From Dehalococcoidia bacterium (GTDB lineage Bacteria > Chloroflexota > Dehalococcoidia > Bin125), in the NCBI GenBank assembly GCA_963662615.2, contig CAXXSR010000002.1, forward strand, positions 480,001-544,000: 64,000 bases of DNA. The letters are read 5' to 3'. Made by a program: the position numbers and the translations under genes. The notes under the pieces are model-generated. The model ran no database searches. It was given only the letters and a program-made list of their open reading frames with translations, and was not told the origin of the DNA. How positions within the stretch are numbered: the stretch's first letter is position 1; each line of letters opens with the position of its first letter. This document shows positions 37,621-46,723 of the stretch, piece by piece.

Positions 37621-37752
37621 ATGAGCCAGCAAATCTATCAGGCGCAGTTCTCTTTGGTGCGAAGAGCCAGCTTGGCGGTCGCCGGGGTGTGCGTTTTTGG
37701 GTCCATTGCCTCGCTCTTTGCGATCATCGGGCTCGTCCTCGTCGCCAGCTAG
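37621..37752 (+). CDS. Small single-TM protein (43 aa), possibly leaderless
   Basis: MSQQIYQAQFSLVRRASLAVAGVCVFGSIASLFAIIGLVLVAS; lower GC than the flanks; no SD sequence. Confidence 0.55.
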   Translation: MSQQIYQAQFSLVRRASLAVAGVCVFGSIASLFAIIGLVLVAS

Positions 37753-37768
37753 GACGTCGCCAGCTAGG
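37740..37768. repeat. 15-bp-period tandem duplication across the stop codon of the 43-aa ORF
   Basis: CGTCGCCAGCTAGG-a-CGTCGCCAGCTAGG. Confidence 0.85.
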
Positions 37769-37971
37769 CGCCGCTCCAGGCCCGCCAGTTCGCCCCTGTG
37801 GTGTCCCGCCCCATCCTCCCCGCTTGAGGGTCGCTCGCCTCATTCCACCCGCCTCCCGTGGTTCCGCGGCTTGTCCCCTCCGCCGCTCTTCGAACCTCAT
37901 CGCCCGCGGTCACACGGTGCTGGCTCGATTGGGGCGAGCGGTGGGCTGCGAGCGCGCTTGGCTCGGTTCTA

Positions 37972-38019
37972 TTGCGGACACGGCGTCTTGTGGACACGGT
38001 GTCCTGCCGACAGGGTGAA
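37972..38019. repeat. 16-bp imperfect tandem repeat x3
   Basis: TTGCGGACACGGCGTC TTGTGGACACGGTGTC CTGCCGACAGGGTGAA. Confidence 0.7.
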
Positions 38020-38137
38020 TTGGGTCATTCGTCCCCGCAGGAGTGGGACGGATGCACCTCGTCGCGGTCGGGTGCGCCCGGCATCGTAGGGGCAGCGCCG
38101 GCCGATACGAACGGCGCTGCTGAACCGAGGTGAGGCG

Positions 38138-38326
38138 ATGTCTACCATTGAGCAGATCAGGCGCAGGGCGAAGCTTCGACGGGAGCGCTGGCCCCAACTG
38201 GCCGCGCTGGCCGCCGAGCTTGAGAGCTGGGAGCTGGCGAACATTGTTCCGCGGCAGGCGTTCAGGCCTGACCCGGCGGCGACAGGGACGGGGCCACGGC
38301 CTCACGCCTTGCAAGCGCAATCATGA
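38138..38326 (+). CDS. Small hypothetical protein (62 aa)
   Basis: RBS GAGGTGAGG; helical N-terminus MSTIEQIRRRAKLRRERWPQLAALAAELESWEL. Confidence 0.55.
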   Translation: MSTIEQIRRRAKLRRERWPQLAALAAELESWELANIVPRQAFRPDPAATGTGPRPHALQAQS

Positions 38327-38505
38327 ACGGTGGCCCCGCCTTCCGGGAGATGCGCGCAATCGCGGTTGGCTGCGGCGATTGCGATCCCTTGGCCGCCACC
38401 GGCGAGGGACGGGCCGGTTCGCGCGCGTGACGTCGCTGGGGCTAGACTTCGTCGCAGGGAGCGATCCTCACCGTTCCAGCGCGCGGCTTGTTGGAGCGCT
38501 CAGCC

Positions 38506-38871
38506 ATGCCGACATACATTCTCTTGCTCACGCTGACACCGGAAGGGCGGCAGAAGACGCTGGAGGAGCCCGAGAGCCTGTTGCGCGCTGAAAACGCGAC
38601 GCGGATCGAAGGAATCCAGGTGCTCGGCCTCTACGGCGTCTTGGGCAGCTACGACTTCGTCAGCATCGTTGAGGCGCCCGACAACGATGCCGTGGCGGAG
38701 TTCTCCCTGGAGCTTGGGGTGAAGGCGGGCGTCCACATCGCGACGCTGCCGGCGATCCCGATCAGCCGGCTGGACCGCGCCTCATCCAATGATGCCCGCC
38801 AGCTCGAAATGGGCGCGCCCGGTCCGGGACAGGGGGCGGGCCCAGAGCAGCCTCCCCCCGTTGGAACGTGA
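38506..38871 (+). CDS. GYD-domain protein
   Basis: MPTYI.L..LT.EG, Y..LG.YD.V.IVEAPD, G.V...TLPA. Confidence 0.85.
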   Translation: MPTYILLLTLTPEGRQKTLEEPESLLRAENATRIEGIQVLGLYGVLGSYDFVSIVEAPDNDAVAEFSLELGVKAGVHIATLPAIPISRLDRASSNDARQLEMGAPGPGQGAGPEQPPPVGT

Positions 38872-38954
38872 TCCGCGGCGCTGCGCTGAGGCAGGGCCGG
38901 CTGCATTCGAGACGCCACAGCCTCGCCAAGCCGGCCCGGTCGTGGGTCGCGCCC

Positions 38955-39704
38955 CTACTGGGCCAGGTAGCCGCCGTCGATCACTAACTCCGCGCCGGTA
39001 ATGAAGGCGGCCTCGTCCGAGGCGAGGAAGAGGACGCCGTAGGCCACCTCTATGGGCTTGCCGATTCGCCGCAGGGGCGCGATCCGGGCGGAGGTCTCGA
39101 GCGCTTCCTCCGACGCCGCTGTTGACGAGCGCATCACCGGCATGAAGCCGGGGTGAACGGAGTTGGCGCGAATGCCCTGCGGGCCGTAGGCCACGGCGAT
39201 GGCTTTGGTGAAGATCCGGACCGCGCCCTTGGAGGCGTGGTAGGCCGGGTGCCCGTGGGGCGTGCCAACAAAGCCGAGGATCGAGGAGATGTTCACGATG
39301 GAGCCGCCGCCGCCCTCCAGCATGGCCGGGATGGCGTGCCGCGTCCCCAGAAAGACGCCGGTGGAGTTGACCTCCATGATCGTACGCCAGCCGTCGAGCG
39401 AGAGCGGATCGAGCTGCGACGAGGCGCTCAGGCCGGCGTTGTTCACGAGGATGTCCAGCCTGCCGAAGGCGGCGCGGGTGGCGGCCAGCAGCCGTTCCCA
39501 GTCGCCCTCCTGCGTCACGTCCGCGTGGACGAATTGGGCGTCGCCGCCGGCTTTCTGAATGCCGCCGGCAACGGCCTCGCCCCCCTCATCCCAGGTGTCG
39601 GCGACGACGACCTTGGCCCCCTCTTGGGCGAACAGTTTGGCATCCGCGGCCCCCAAGCCGCTGCCCGCTCCAGTGATGATGGCGACCTTGTTCGCGAGAC
39701 GCAT
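38955..39704 (-). CDS. Short-chain dehydrogenase/reductase
   Basis: TGAGSGLG, NNAG, SS, YHASK and NSVHPG; RBS GGAGGGAGGAG. Confidence 0.96.
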   Translation of the reverse strand: MRLANKVAIITGAGSGLGAADAKLFAQEGAKVVVADTWDEGGEAVAGGIQKAGGDAQFVHADVTQEGDWERLLAATRAAFGRLDILVNNAGLSASSQLDPLSLDGWRTIMEVNSTGVFLGTRHAIPAMLEGGGGSIVNISSILGFVGTPHGHPAYHASKGAVRIFTKAIAVAYGPQGIRANSVHPGFMPVMRSSTAASEEALETSARIAPLRRIGKPIEVAYGVLFLASDEAAFITGAELVIDGGYLAQ

Positions 39705-39848
39705 GACGACTCCTCCCTCCCGCCGACCGTTGCCTGGGATCAGGCCGGTGGCACGGCCCGCTCCCCGCCGGGCCGATGGTGCCCGGCTTGGGGCTCTCCA
39801 CGATTAGGGAGAATAGGGGGAGCGGAGTCGCGGCGCATGTCGTGGGTC

Positions 39849-39923
39849 TGGAGCCGGCGGGGGGATTCGAACCCTCGGCCTGCTGTTTACGAAACAGCTG
39901 CTCTACCTCTGAGCTACACCGGC
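39849..39923 (-). tRNA. tRNA-Thr(CGT)
   Basis: GCCGGTGTAGCTCAG... anticodon arm GCTGT-TTCGTAA-ACAGC, GTTCGAATC, encoded CCA. Confidence 0.96.
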
Positions 39924-40194
39924 CCGTCCCGACTCTACCAGATGGGGATCGCGGCGCCACGGGCGCGGGCGGCGGGCTGGGGGGCCGGCCGGCGGCGACC
40001 TCGACGGGGACGTCGTTGGCGCCTCGCTCAGCTTCCGCGCCGCCGGCCTCGGTTCCGCTGATGGCGCCGTCGCTGGATCCGACCGCCTCGCCGCCGCCCC
40101 TCGCCGCCGCCCCTCGCCGGGCGCGATTCGCGGGAGGCGTCGCTCCGGGCTCGGCCCGGCACGGGGGGGTTTCCGAGGGACAGGGATGAGCCGC

Positions 40195-40200
40195 TATAAT
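40195..40200 (+). promoter_or_regulatory. -10 element of the DUF1800 operon promoter
   Basis: Perfect TATAAT 32 nt before the first ATG in a very GC-rich context; TTCCGA 18 nt upstream. Confidence 0.55.
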
Positions 40201-40232
40201 CTCCGAGCGGATTTCCTGGCCGGAGTGAGGAG

Positions 40233-41642
40233 ATGACGATGGCGGACGAACAGCTGGCTCTGATGGCGCATCTGCTGCGTCGCGCGGGCGCGGGAGCATC
40301 GCGGGAGGAGCTGGAGGAGTACGCGAAGCGCCCGTATGAGGAGGTGGTGGAGGATCTGCTCCACCCCGAGCGCTTCCCGGAGCCGGACGAGGACCTGATC
40401 CGGCGCTACTGCCCCACTCTGACCAACGCCGACACGCCCATCATTTGGGCCGGGCACTGGATCTACCGGATGGTCAACACCCGGCGTCCGCTCGAGGAGA
40501 AGATGGCGCTGTTCTGGCACCACGTCCTCGCCACGGGCTGGTTCAAGGCCGAACACGCGTCCTCCATGGTGGCGCAGATCCAGATGTTCCGCGAGAACGG
40601 CTTGGAAAATCTCCGCACGATTCTCACCGATGTCTCGAAGGATCCGGCCATGATCTGCTGGCTGGACAACTGCGAGAACCTGGCGACCGCGTCCAACGAG
40701 AACTACGGGCGCGAGCTGCTCGAACTGTTCTCCATGGGCATTGGCGGCTACACCGAGACGGACGTGAAGATGGCGGCACGGGCCTTCACCGGCTGGACCT
40801 TCCAGCAGCCGATCCCGCTCTATCCCTACGGCCAGTTCCCGTCGCAGTTCGAATACCACGAAGACGAGCACGACGACAGCGAGAAGACGTTCTTGGGGCA
40901 CAGCGGCCGCTTCAACGGCGAGGACGTGATCGACATCATCGTCCAGCAAGAGGCCACGGCCCGCTTCATCTCACGGCACCTCTACAACTTCTTCGTGGCG
41001 GATGAGCCGCAGGTGCCCGCCTGGAGCGTGACGCCGCCGCAGGATCCCGAGGCGGTCGAGACCCTGGTGCGGGCCTACTTTGACTCTGACGCCGACATGC
41101 GCTCCGTGATGCGGACGCTGCTCACCTCGGACTTCTTCCGGGCCGCCCGCTTCAAGCGCGTCAAATCCCCGGCCGAATTCGTGGCCGGGACGCTCAAGCT
41201 CTCCGGCGAGCTGCGCGCGCCGGAGCCTGCGGTGGGCGAACTGGGAGACGTAGCGGCGGCGATGGGACAGAAGCTCTACGACCCGCCCTCGGTGGAGGGC
41301 TGGCACACCGGCAAGGAGTGGATCGACGGGGGCACGCTGATCGAGCGCGTGAACTTCGCCGTGTCCCATCTGCGTGACGTCTCCAAGCCGGGACCGCGGG
41401 CCATCGTGGAGCGCCTCAGCGAGGGCGGCGGCCCCGTGGGCCCGGACGACTTCGTGGACCGCTGTCTCGATCTGCTCGGGCCCTTGGAGGTGAGTGCGGA
41501 GACGCGCGCCGCGCTGTTGGAGTTCGCCCAGGACGGCGGCGACCTCCGCTTCAACAGCAAGAAGGCGAGGCGCAGCAGCGAAGCTCGCGTCGGCCGGATG
41601 CTGGGGCTCATCGCCGCGGCCCCCGAGTATCAGTTCGCCTGA
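40233..41642 (+). CDS. DUF1800-family protein
   Basis: AHLLRRAG.G, L.EKMALFWH, DPAM..WLDN, NENY.RELLELFSMG, ARAFTGW, KSP.EF, MGQ....PPSV.GW and PEYQ. Confidence 0.9.
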   Translation: MTMADEQLALMAHLLRRAGAGASREELEEYAKRPYEEVVEDLLHPERFPEPDEDLIRRYCPTLTNADTPIIWAGHWIYRMVNTRRPLEEKMALFWHHVLATGWFKAEHASSMVAQIQMFRENGLENLRTILTDVSKDPAMICWLDNCENLATASNENYGRELLELFSMGIGGYTETDVKMAARAFTGWTFQQPIPLYPYGQFPSQFEYHEDEHDDSEKTFLGHSGRFNGEDVIDIIVQQEATARFISRHLYNFFVADEPQVPAWSVTPPQDPEAVETLVRAYFDSDADMRSVMRTLLTSDFFRAARFKRVKSPAEFVAGTLKLSGELRAPEPAVGELGDVAAAMGQKLYDPPSVEGWHTGKEWIDGGTLIERVNFAVSHLRDVSKPGPRAIVERLSEGGGPVGPDDFVDRCLDLLGPLEVSAETRAALLEFAQDGGDLRFNSKKARRSSEARVGRMLGLIAAAPEYQFA

Positions 41643-41660
41643 ACGGAAGGAGTGCGAGCC

Positions 41661-42818
41661 ATGGCAGGAAACGGCAACGGACAGGAGCCGGTCCTGGTCG
41701 TGATCCAGCTGACCGGCGGCGTGGACTTCATGAACACGCTCGTCCCCTACACCAACGGCGCCTATCACGACGCCAGACCGGCCGTGGGCATCAAACCCGA
41801 TGAGGTGCTGCCGATTAACGACACCCTGGGGTTCCATCCCTCGGCGGCGCGACTGAAGGATCTGTACGACGACGGCAAAGTCGCGGTGGTGCAGGGCATC
41901 GGCTACGAGAACTCCAGCCGCTCCCACTTCCGCGGCATGGACATCTGGCACACCTGCGAGCCCGACAAGATCTCCACCCAAGGCTGGGTCGCCAAGGTCA
42001 TTCGGGAACTCGATCCTGACAGCGAGAACCCGCTGACCTGCGTCAGCTTCGGCCGCGGCCTGCCCCGAGCCCTGGCCGCGCCCGGCGTCACCGCGACCTC
42101 CGTAGGCGACCTGGACAATTACGGGCTCATGACGGATGCCGAGATTGAGCAGGAGCGGGCCGAGGATCTGGAACTTTTCAAGCGCATGTACACGCCGGCG
42201 GTTGGCGCCGGGGTGGTGACGGACTACCTGGGGCAGACCGGCCGGGACGCGCTGGCCGGCGCGGATGTGCTCAAGCAGGCCCCGGCCCGCTATACCACCA
42301 ACGTGGAGTGGGGAGCGAACCCCATCGCCAAGAGCCTGCGAGACGTCGCCAGGGTCCACACGGCGGGGCTGGGGACCCGGATCTTCTACGCCCAGCACGG
42401 CGGCTACGACCACCACTCGCACGAGCTGCCCAACTTGTCCCGGCTGCTGGGCGAACTGACCGGCGCGATCTCCGACCTCCAGCAGGACCTGCGCGAGCAC
42501 AACGCGGCCGACGAGGTCACGTTCCTGGTGTTCACGGAGTTCGGCCGTCGCATGAAGGACAACGGCTCCGGCACGGACCACGGCTCCGGCGGCGGCGCCT
42601 ACATTATTGGCGAGCACGTGGCGGGCGGTCTCTACGCGGAGTATCCGCCCCTGGACCCCGCCGACTGGTTGAACAGCGAGGACCTCCGCCACACGATTGA
42701 CTTCCGCGGGATCTACGGCACGGTGCTGGAGCAGTGGATGGGGATCGATCCGGTTCCCATGGTGGGCGGCAGTTTCGAGCAGATCCGTCCCTACACGAAG
42801 ACGCTGGTGGGTGCCTAG
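41661..42818 (+). CDS. DUF1501-family protein without a Tat signal peptide
   Basis: LVVIQL.GG.D..NT, RSHF, GG.D.H, TEFGRR, GTDHG and DFR.IY; RBS AAGGAG. Confidence 0.9.
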   Translation: MAGNGNGQEPVLVVIQLTGGVDFMNTLVPYTNGAYHDARPAVGIKPDEVLPINDTLGFHPSAARLKDLYDDGKVAVVQGIGYENSSRSHFRGMDIWHTCEPDKISTQGWVAKVIRELDPDSENPLTCVSFGRGLPRALAAPGVTATSVGDLDNYGLMTDAEIEQERAEDLELFKRMYTPAVGAGVVTDYLGQTGRDALAGADVLKQAPARYTTNVEWGANPIAKSLRDVARVHTAGLGTRIFYAQHGGYDHHSHELPNLSRLLGELTGAISDLQQDLREHNAADEVTFLVFTEFGRRMKDNGSGTDHGSGGGAYIIGEHVAGGLYAEYPPLDPADWLNSEDLRHTIDFRGIYGTVLEQWMGIDPVPMVGGSFEQIRPYTKTLVGA

Positions 42819-42861
42819 CCGCGCGCAGGCCCGACCGCTTGAGGGGGAAAGGGAGGGAACC

Positions 42862-43908
42862 GTGGGAGAAGCAAATGGGAAGAGGCCGCACGCGCTGCTC
42901 AGGGCTGGCTTCCCCTACCTGACCACGCTGGGGATGCGGCGTGTCACGACGTTCTGCATGGACCTCGCCATCGGCGATGAGGGGCGCTTGTACGTCCTCT
43001 GCCGCAATGACCTCCCCAACCCGTTCGCCGGCAGCAACAACATCCGCCGCATGAACTGGGACGGTGAGGACCTGGGGACCATTGGCAGCACCGGGTCGGG
43101 CGACGGTGCCTTCATCTGGCCTGCCTGTCTGGTCCGCGACCGAGCGGAGAATCTCTACGTCTCGGACGAGGGCTTGCACCGCATCTCGGCGTTCAGCGGG
43201 GAGGGAGACTTCCTGGGCAAATGGGGGACGCAAGGGTCCGGCCCGGGCGAGCTGAACCGCCCTTCCGGTCTCGCCTTCGACGCCGAGGAGAACCTCTACG
43301 TCGCCGACACGTTGAACCATCGCATTCAGAAGTTCACCAAGGACGGGAAGTTCCTGGACCAGTGGGGCCGCCAGGGCGCCGGCGAGGGCGAGTTCAACAT
43401 GCCCTGGGGCTTGACCGTGGACGCCGACGGCGACGTCTACGTCGCCGACTGGCGCAACGACCGCGTCCAGAAGCTCAGCCCGGACGGCGCCTTCATCACG
43501 CAGTTCGGCCGCTCGGGCGACGGCGACGGGGAGTTCAACCGTCCCAGCGGCGTGGCGGTGGACGCCGACGGCGACATCTACGTCGCCGACCGCGGCAACA
43601 ACCGCGTCCAACTCTTCGACCGCGGCGGCCGCTTCGTGGAGAAGTTCCTGGGAGACGCGACGCTCTCCAAGATGGGCCGTGACTACATCATGGCCAACCC
43701 CAAGGTTCTGCGCCTGCGGGAGATGGTGAGCTTGGAGCCAACCAAGCGGCTGCGCTCGCCTACCTCAGTGCGGGTGGACGCCGAGGGGCGGCTGTACGTG
43801 GTGGACTTCGCCTCGCACCGCATCCAGGTCTACAAGAAAGAGGCCTATCCTCTAGCGGAGGATGAGGTCATGCCCGCGCCGCCGGCGCCCATGCTGATGA
43901 CCGTCTGA
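42862..43908 (+). CDS. NHL-repeat six-bladed beta-propeller protein
   Basis: Repeated G.G.GEF..P.G.AVD..G.IYVAD..N.R.Q.F units; RBS GGGAGGG. Confidence 0.92.
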   Translation: MGEANGKRPHALLRAGFPYLTTLGMRRVTTFCMDLAIGDEGRLYVLCRNDLPNPFAGSNNIRRMNWDGEDLGTIGSTGSGDGAFIWPACLVRDRAENLYVSDEGLHRISAFSGEGDFLGKWGTQGSGPGELNRPSGLAFDAEENLYVADTLNHRIQKFTKDGKFLDQWGRQGAGEGEFNMPWGLTVDADGDVYVADWRNDRVQKLSPDGAFITQFGRSGDGDGEFNRPSGVAVDADGDIYVADRGNNRVQLFDRGGRFVEKFLGDATLSKMGRDYIMANPKVLRLREMVSLEPTKRLRSPTSVRVDAEGRLYVVDFASHRIQVYKKEAYPLAEDEVMPAPPAPMLMTV

Positions 43909-43951
43909 TCTCGATCCGCGTGAGATCGGGCTGAGCCGCGGAAGGCGCGCT

Positions 43952-44293
43952 ATGCCGCTGATGTTCGGCTTCGCGCAGCAGCGGCGCAAACTCCTGGAGG
44001 CCGAACTGCTGCGGATCGCCGCTGAGCTGCCGGCGTTGGACGTGGAGCGCGCCGACCTGACCGGCGATCTCGCCTGCGATCGGGTGCAACGCGACTCCGA
44101 GCTGGAGTTGGTGCTCGTCCATCGCACGGGCGAAGCGTTCCATCGGCGCTCGGACTACTTCGTCGACCATCTCCGCCCTCGTGTGGGCACGCGCTTCCAC
44201 GTTTACACGCCCGAGGAGTTCAGGCAGCTGTCCGAGACGGATCCGCTCCTGCAACGGGCACGGCAGCTCGGGTCGCCGGTCTATGTCGTCTGA
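43952..44293 (+). CDS. Minimal nucleotidyltransferase (MNT)-like protein with a degenerate active site
   Basis: LTGDLA......DSELELVLV aligns with LFGS.A......DSDIDLLV; VYTPEEF motif; overlaps the HEPN gene. Confidence 0.75.
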   Translation: MPLMFGFAQQRRKLLEAELLRIAAELPALDVERADLTGDLACDRVQRDSELELVLVHRTGEAFHRRSDYFVDHLRPRVGTRFHVYTPEEFRQLSETDPLLQRARQLGSPVYVV

Positions 44294-44723
44294 CGCCGGC
44301 CGTCCTCCTCCGGGAGGGCCGCGGGAGTCCGCTCGCTGGCTGAAGCAGGCCGGCCATGACCTGAGCGACGCCCGCCTCTGCGCGGGGGCCGGGCGCCACG
44401 CCCTGGCCTGCTTCCTCAGTCATGCCTGCGCCGAGAAGGCGGTGACCGCGTACTTGCTGGCACAAGGGGCGGAAGAGGTCTGGGGTCATGCGCTGGCCGA
44501 CCTCTGCACCGACGCGATGGCGTTCGACCCTTCGTTCGACTTCATCAAGTCCAGTGCGCCCCTCTTGGACAAGTACTACCTGGGGGCACGCTATCCGTCG
44601 GGCTTGCCGGGCGGCGTCCCCGCTGAAGCGTTCGATTCGCATGACTCGGAGCGGGCCCTGGCGATCGCGGCGGACGTGTACGAGTTCGTGGAGGGCCGGA
44701 TTCAGGCGGCCGGCGAGCCTTGA
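44283..44723 (+). CDS. HEPN-domain protein (sacsin/PF05168-type)
   Basis: W...A..DL..A, ACF....AEKA..A, GH.L..L and LDKYY..ARYP. Confidence 0.88.
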   Translation: MSSDAGRPPPGGPRESARWLKQAGHDLSDARLCAGAGRHALACFLSHACAEKAVTAYLLAQGAEEVWGHALADLCTDAMAFDPSFDFIKSSAPLLDKYYLGARYPSGLPGGVPAEAFDSHDSERALAIAADVYEFVEGRIQAAGEP

Positions 44724-44780
44724 AGCGGCGTCGCCGGGAGCGGCAGGGGGCTGCGGGGAGAGCGGCTGGAGCGGTGGCCG

Positions 44781-45767
44781 TCAGGCGGGCTCAATGACCG
44801 GGGCCAACCGGCTGGGCGCCTGCGCGCCGCGACCGGGGATCTGGCTCTCCGCGTGATACGACGAGCGCACCAACGGCCCCGCCTCGACATGCTTGAAGCC
44901 CAACGCCCGGGCCCTTGCGCCGAGCGCGTCGAACTCATCCGGCCGCACGAATCGCGCCACGGGGAGATGCTTCATGCTCGGCCGCAGGTACTGCCCCACG
45001 GTCAGGACGTCGCAGTCCGCGTCGCGCAGGTCACGCAGGACTTGATGCACTTCCGCCGTCGTCTCGCCCAAGCCCAGCATGATGCCGCTCTTGGTGACCG
45101 GGCGTGGCCGCCAGCCCGCCGCCCGGCGCAGCAGCGCCAGCGAGCGTTCGTAGCGCGCTTTATGGCGCACTCGGCGGTAGAGCCGCGGCACGGTCTCGGT
45201 GTTGTGATTGAGGATGTCGGGCTGCGCCGCGAGCACCGTCTCTAATGCCTTCCAGTCGCCTTGGAAATCGGGGATCAGCAGCTCAATGGAGGTCTGCGGC
45301 ATCAAGCGCCGGATCCATCGCACCGTGTCGTCGAAGATGGCCGCGCCCCCGTCCGCCTGGTCGTCTCGGTTGACGGACGTGATCACCGCGTGCCGGAGCC
45401 CCATTCGCTGGACGGCCATGGCCACGCGGCGCGGCTCGTCCAGGTCCAGCTCCCCAGGACGGCCGCTCGTGATCTGGCAAAAGCCGCAGGCGCGCGTGCA
45501 GACGTCGCCCAGGATGAGGAAGGTGGCCGTGCCCCGATTCCAGCAGTCGCCGATGTTGGGGCAGTGCGCCTCTTCACAGACCGTATGGAGGTCACTCTGG
45601 CGCATGAGGCGGTGCAGGCGCGTGTAATTCGCTCCGCTGGGAGCGCGCACCTTCAGCCACGGTGGTTTCAGGCCGGGTGGCTTCAGGCCCGCTGGTTTCG
45701 GCCCCGCCGCGCCGTGCTCTCTCTGCCTGGGAACGGCTGCCGCCTGGGAGGCGCTGCGCTCGATCAT
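44781..45767 (-). CDS. lipA: Lipoyl synthase (probably leaderless; 15-nt repeats [15 protein letters not shown] near the N-terminus)
   Basis: [27 protein letters not shown] and RSSYHA; TG-n-TAGCAT ends 7 nt before ATG 45767. Confidence 0.96.
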   Translation of the reverse strand: MIERSASQAAAVPRQREHGAAGPKPAGLKPPGLKPPWLKVRAPSGANYTRLHRLMRQSDLHTVCEEAHCPNIGDCWNRGTATFLILGDVCTRACGFCQITSGRPGELDLDEPRRVAMAVQRMGLRHAVITSVNRDDQADGGAAIFDDTVRWIRRLMPQTSIELLIPDFQGDWKALETVLAAQPDILNHNTETVPRLYRRVRHKARYERSLALLRRAAGWRPRPVTKSGIMLGLGETTAEVHQVLRDLRDADCDVLTVGQYLRPSMKHLPVARFVRPDEFDALGARARALGFKHVEAGPLVRSSYHAESQIPGRGAQAPSRLAPVIEPA

Positions 45768-45873
45768 CGCGACCATGCTAGCAGCGCCCGCGACGGCGAG
45801 CGGCCAGCGCGACCCCGGTCGCCGGCGGGCGAAATCGCACCGCGGGCGCGCTTCAAGCTATGGTGGAGATGCC

Positions 45874-46539
45874 GTGTTCCGGGTCACCTTCGTCACCGCC
45901 GATGACGCGCTGGCCGATAGCGTGGTGGAACCGCTGCGCGCCGCCGGATTCGAGGTGCTGCGCCTCACCGGCTTCGAGGAGGGCGTGGAACCGGACCCCG
46001 CCGCCGCGCCTGACGTCCTCACGCTAGACCTCCGCAACGCGGGCAAGCCCAGCCGCTCCCCCTTGCAAGACGCCTGGGCCACCTCGTTCGCGCTGGCGCT
46101 GGTGACGCCGGCCCAGGTGGCCAGTCTTGACCCCGCCTGCGGCATTGACGACTTCATCGTCACGCCGCTCCATGTCCCCGAGTTCGTGGCCCGGGTGGAG
46201 CAGGCGCTCTGGCGCCACGGGCGCTCCACCAGGCGGAACACCATTGCCGCCGGTGAGCTGCTGATGGACATGACGAACTATCAGGTGTTCGAGTCAGGCC
46301 GGGCCATCACGCTCACGTACAAGGAGTTTGAGCTGCTGCGCTTCCTGATGACGCACGCGGGCAGTGTCTTTGGCCGCGAGCAACTCCTCAATCGGGTGTG
46401 GGGCTACCACTATTACGGCGGCTCCCGCACGGTGGACGTCCACATCCGCCGGCTCCGCAGCAAGCTCGCCGGCTCCCGCTACGACTACATTGAGACGCTG
46501 CGAAACGTGGGCTACCGCTTCAGCGAGCCACTGCGCTAG
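45874..46539 (+). CDS. glnR: GlnR-like (actinobacterial type) atypical OmpR-family regulator
   Basis: LTYKEFELL, VWGY.YYGGSRTVDVHIRRLRSKL and RNVGYRF; atypical receiver (GIDDFIVTP, conserved Lys absent); no adjacent kinase; directly upstream of glnA. Confidence 0.75.
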   Translation: MFRVTFVTADDALADSVVEPLRAAGFEVLRLTGFEEGVEPDPAAAPDVLTLDLRNAGKPSRSPLQDAWATSFALALVTPAQVASLDPACGIDDFIVTPLHVPEFVARVEQALWRHGRSTRRNTIAAGELLMDMTNYQVFESGRAITLTYKEFELLRFLMTHAGSVFGREQLLNRVWGYHYYGGSRTVDVHIRRLRSKLAGSRYDYIETLRNVGYRFSEPLR

Positions 46540-46580
46540 CGCCGACGCCGGCGGCGCGGTCCCCGCACCGGGGCGGCGAA

Positions 46581-46636
46581 GTTAACCAGGCCGTAACACC
46601 GGCGGTCCCGGCGTCGGAGCCCCCCACACGTATACT
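46581..46636 (+). promoter_or_regulatory. GlnR-box-like direct repeat and glnA promoter
   Basis: G-TTAAC-N6-GTAAC at 46581-46597; -10 TATACT at 46631-46636. Confidence 0.65.
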
Positions 46637-46723
46637 TTGCCCGGCCGGCCCTGCGGCGTCTCCGCAGCGGGATCCGCCTCATTGATCAAACCCGGCGTGC
46701 GACAGGTGGAGAGGTCGAACACG

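Noticed and set aside
37780-37905. C-rich, G-poor stretch after the 43-aa ORF
   Set aside because: Compatible with a Rho-loading site or local skew, but there is no specific motif to support a call.
37972-38019. Mini-CRISPR or iteron array (also 14741-14776)
   Set aside because: The units are 12-16 bp, directly adjacent with no spacers, and there are no cas or rep genes in the window.
29747-39923. Genomic island integrated at tRNA-Thr(CGT)
   Set aside because: The genes look accessory, but I saw no integrase, no duplicated tRNA 3' end and no obvious compositional shift.
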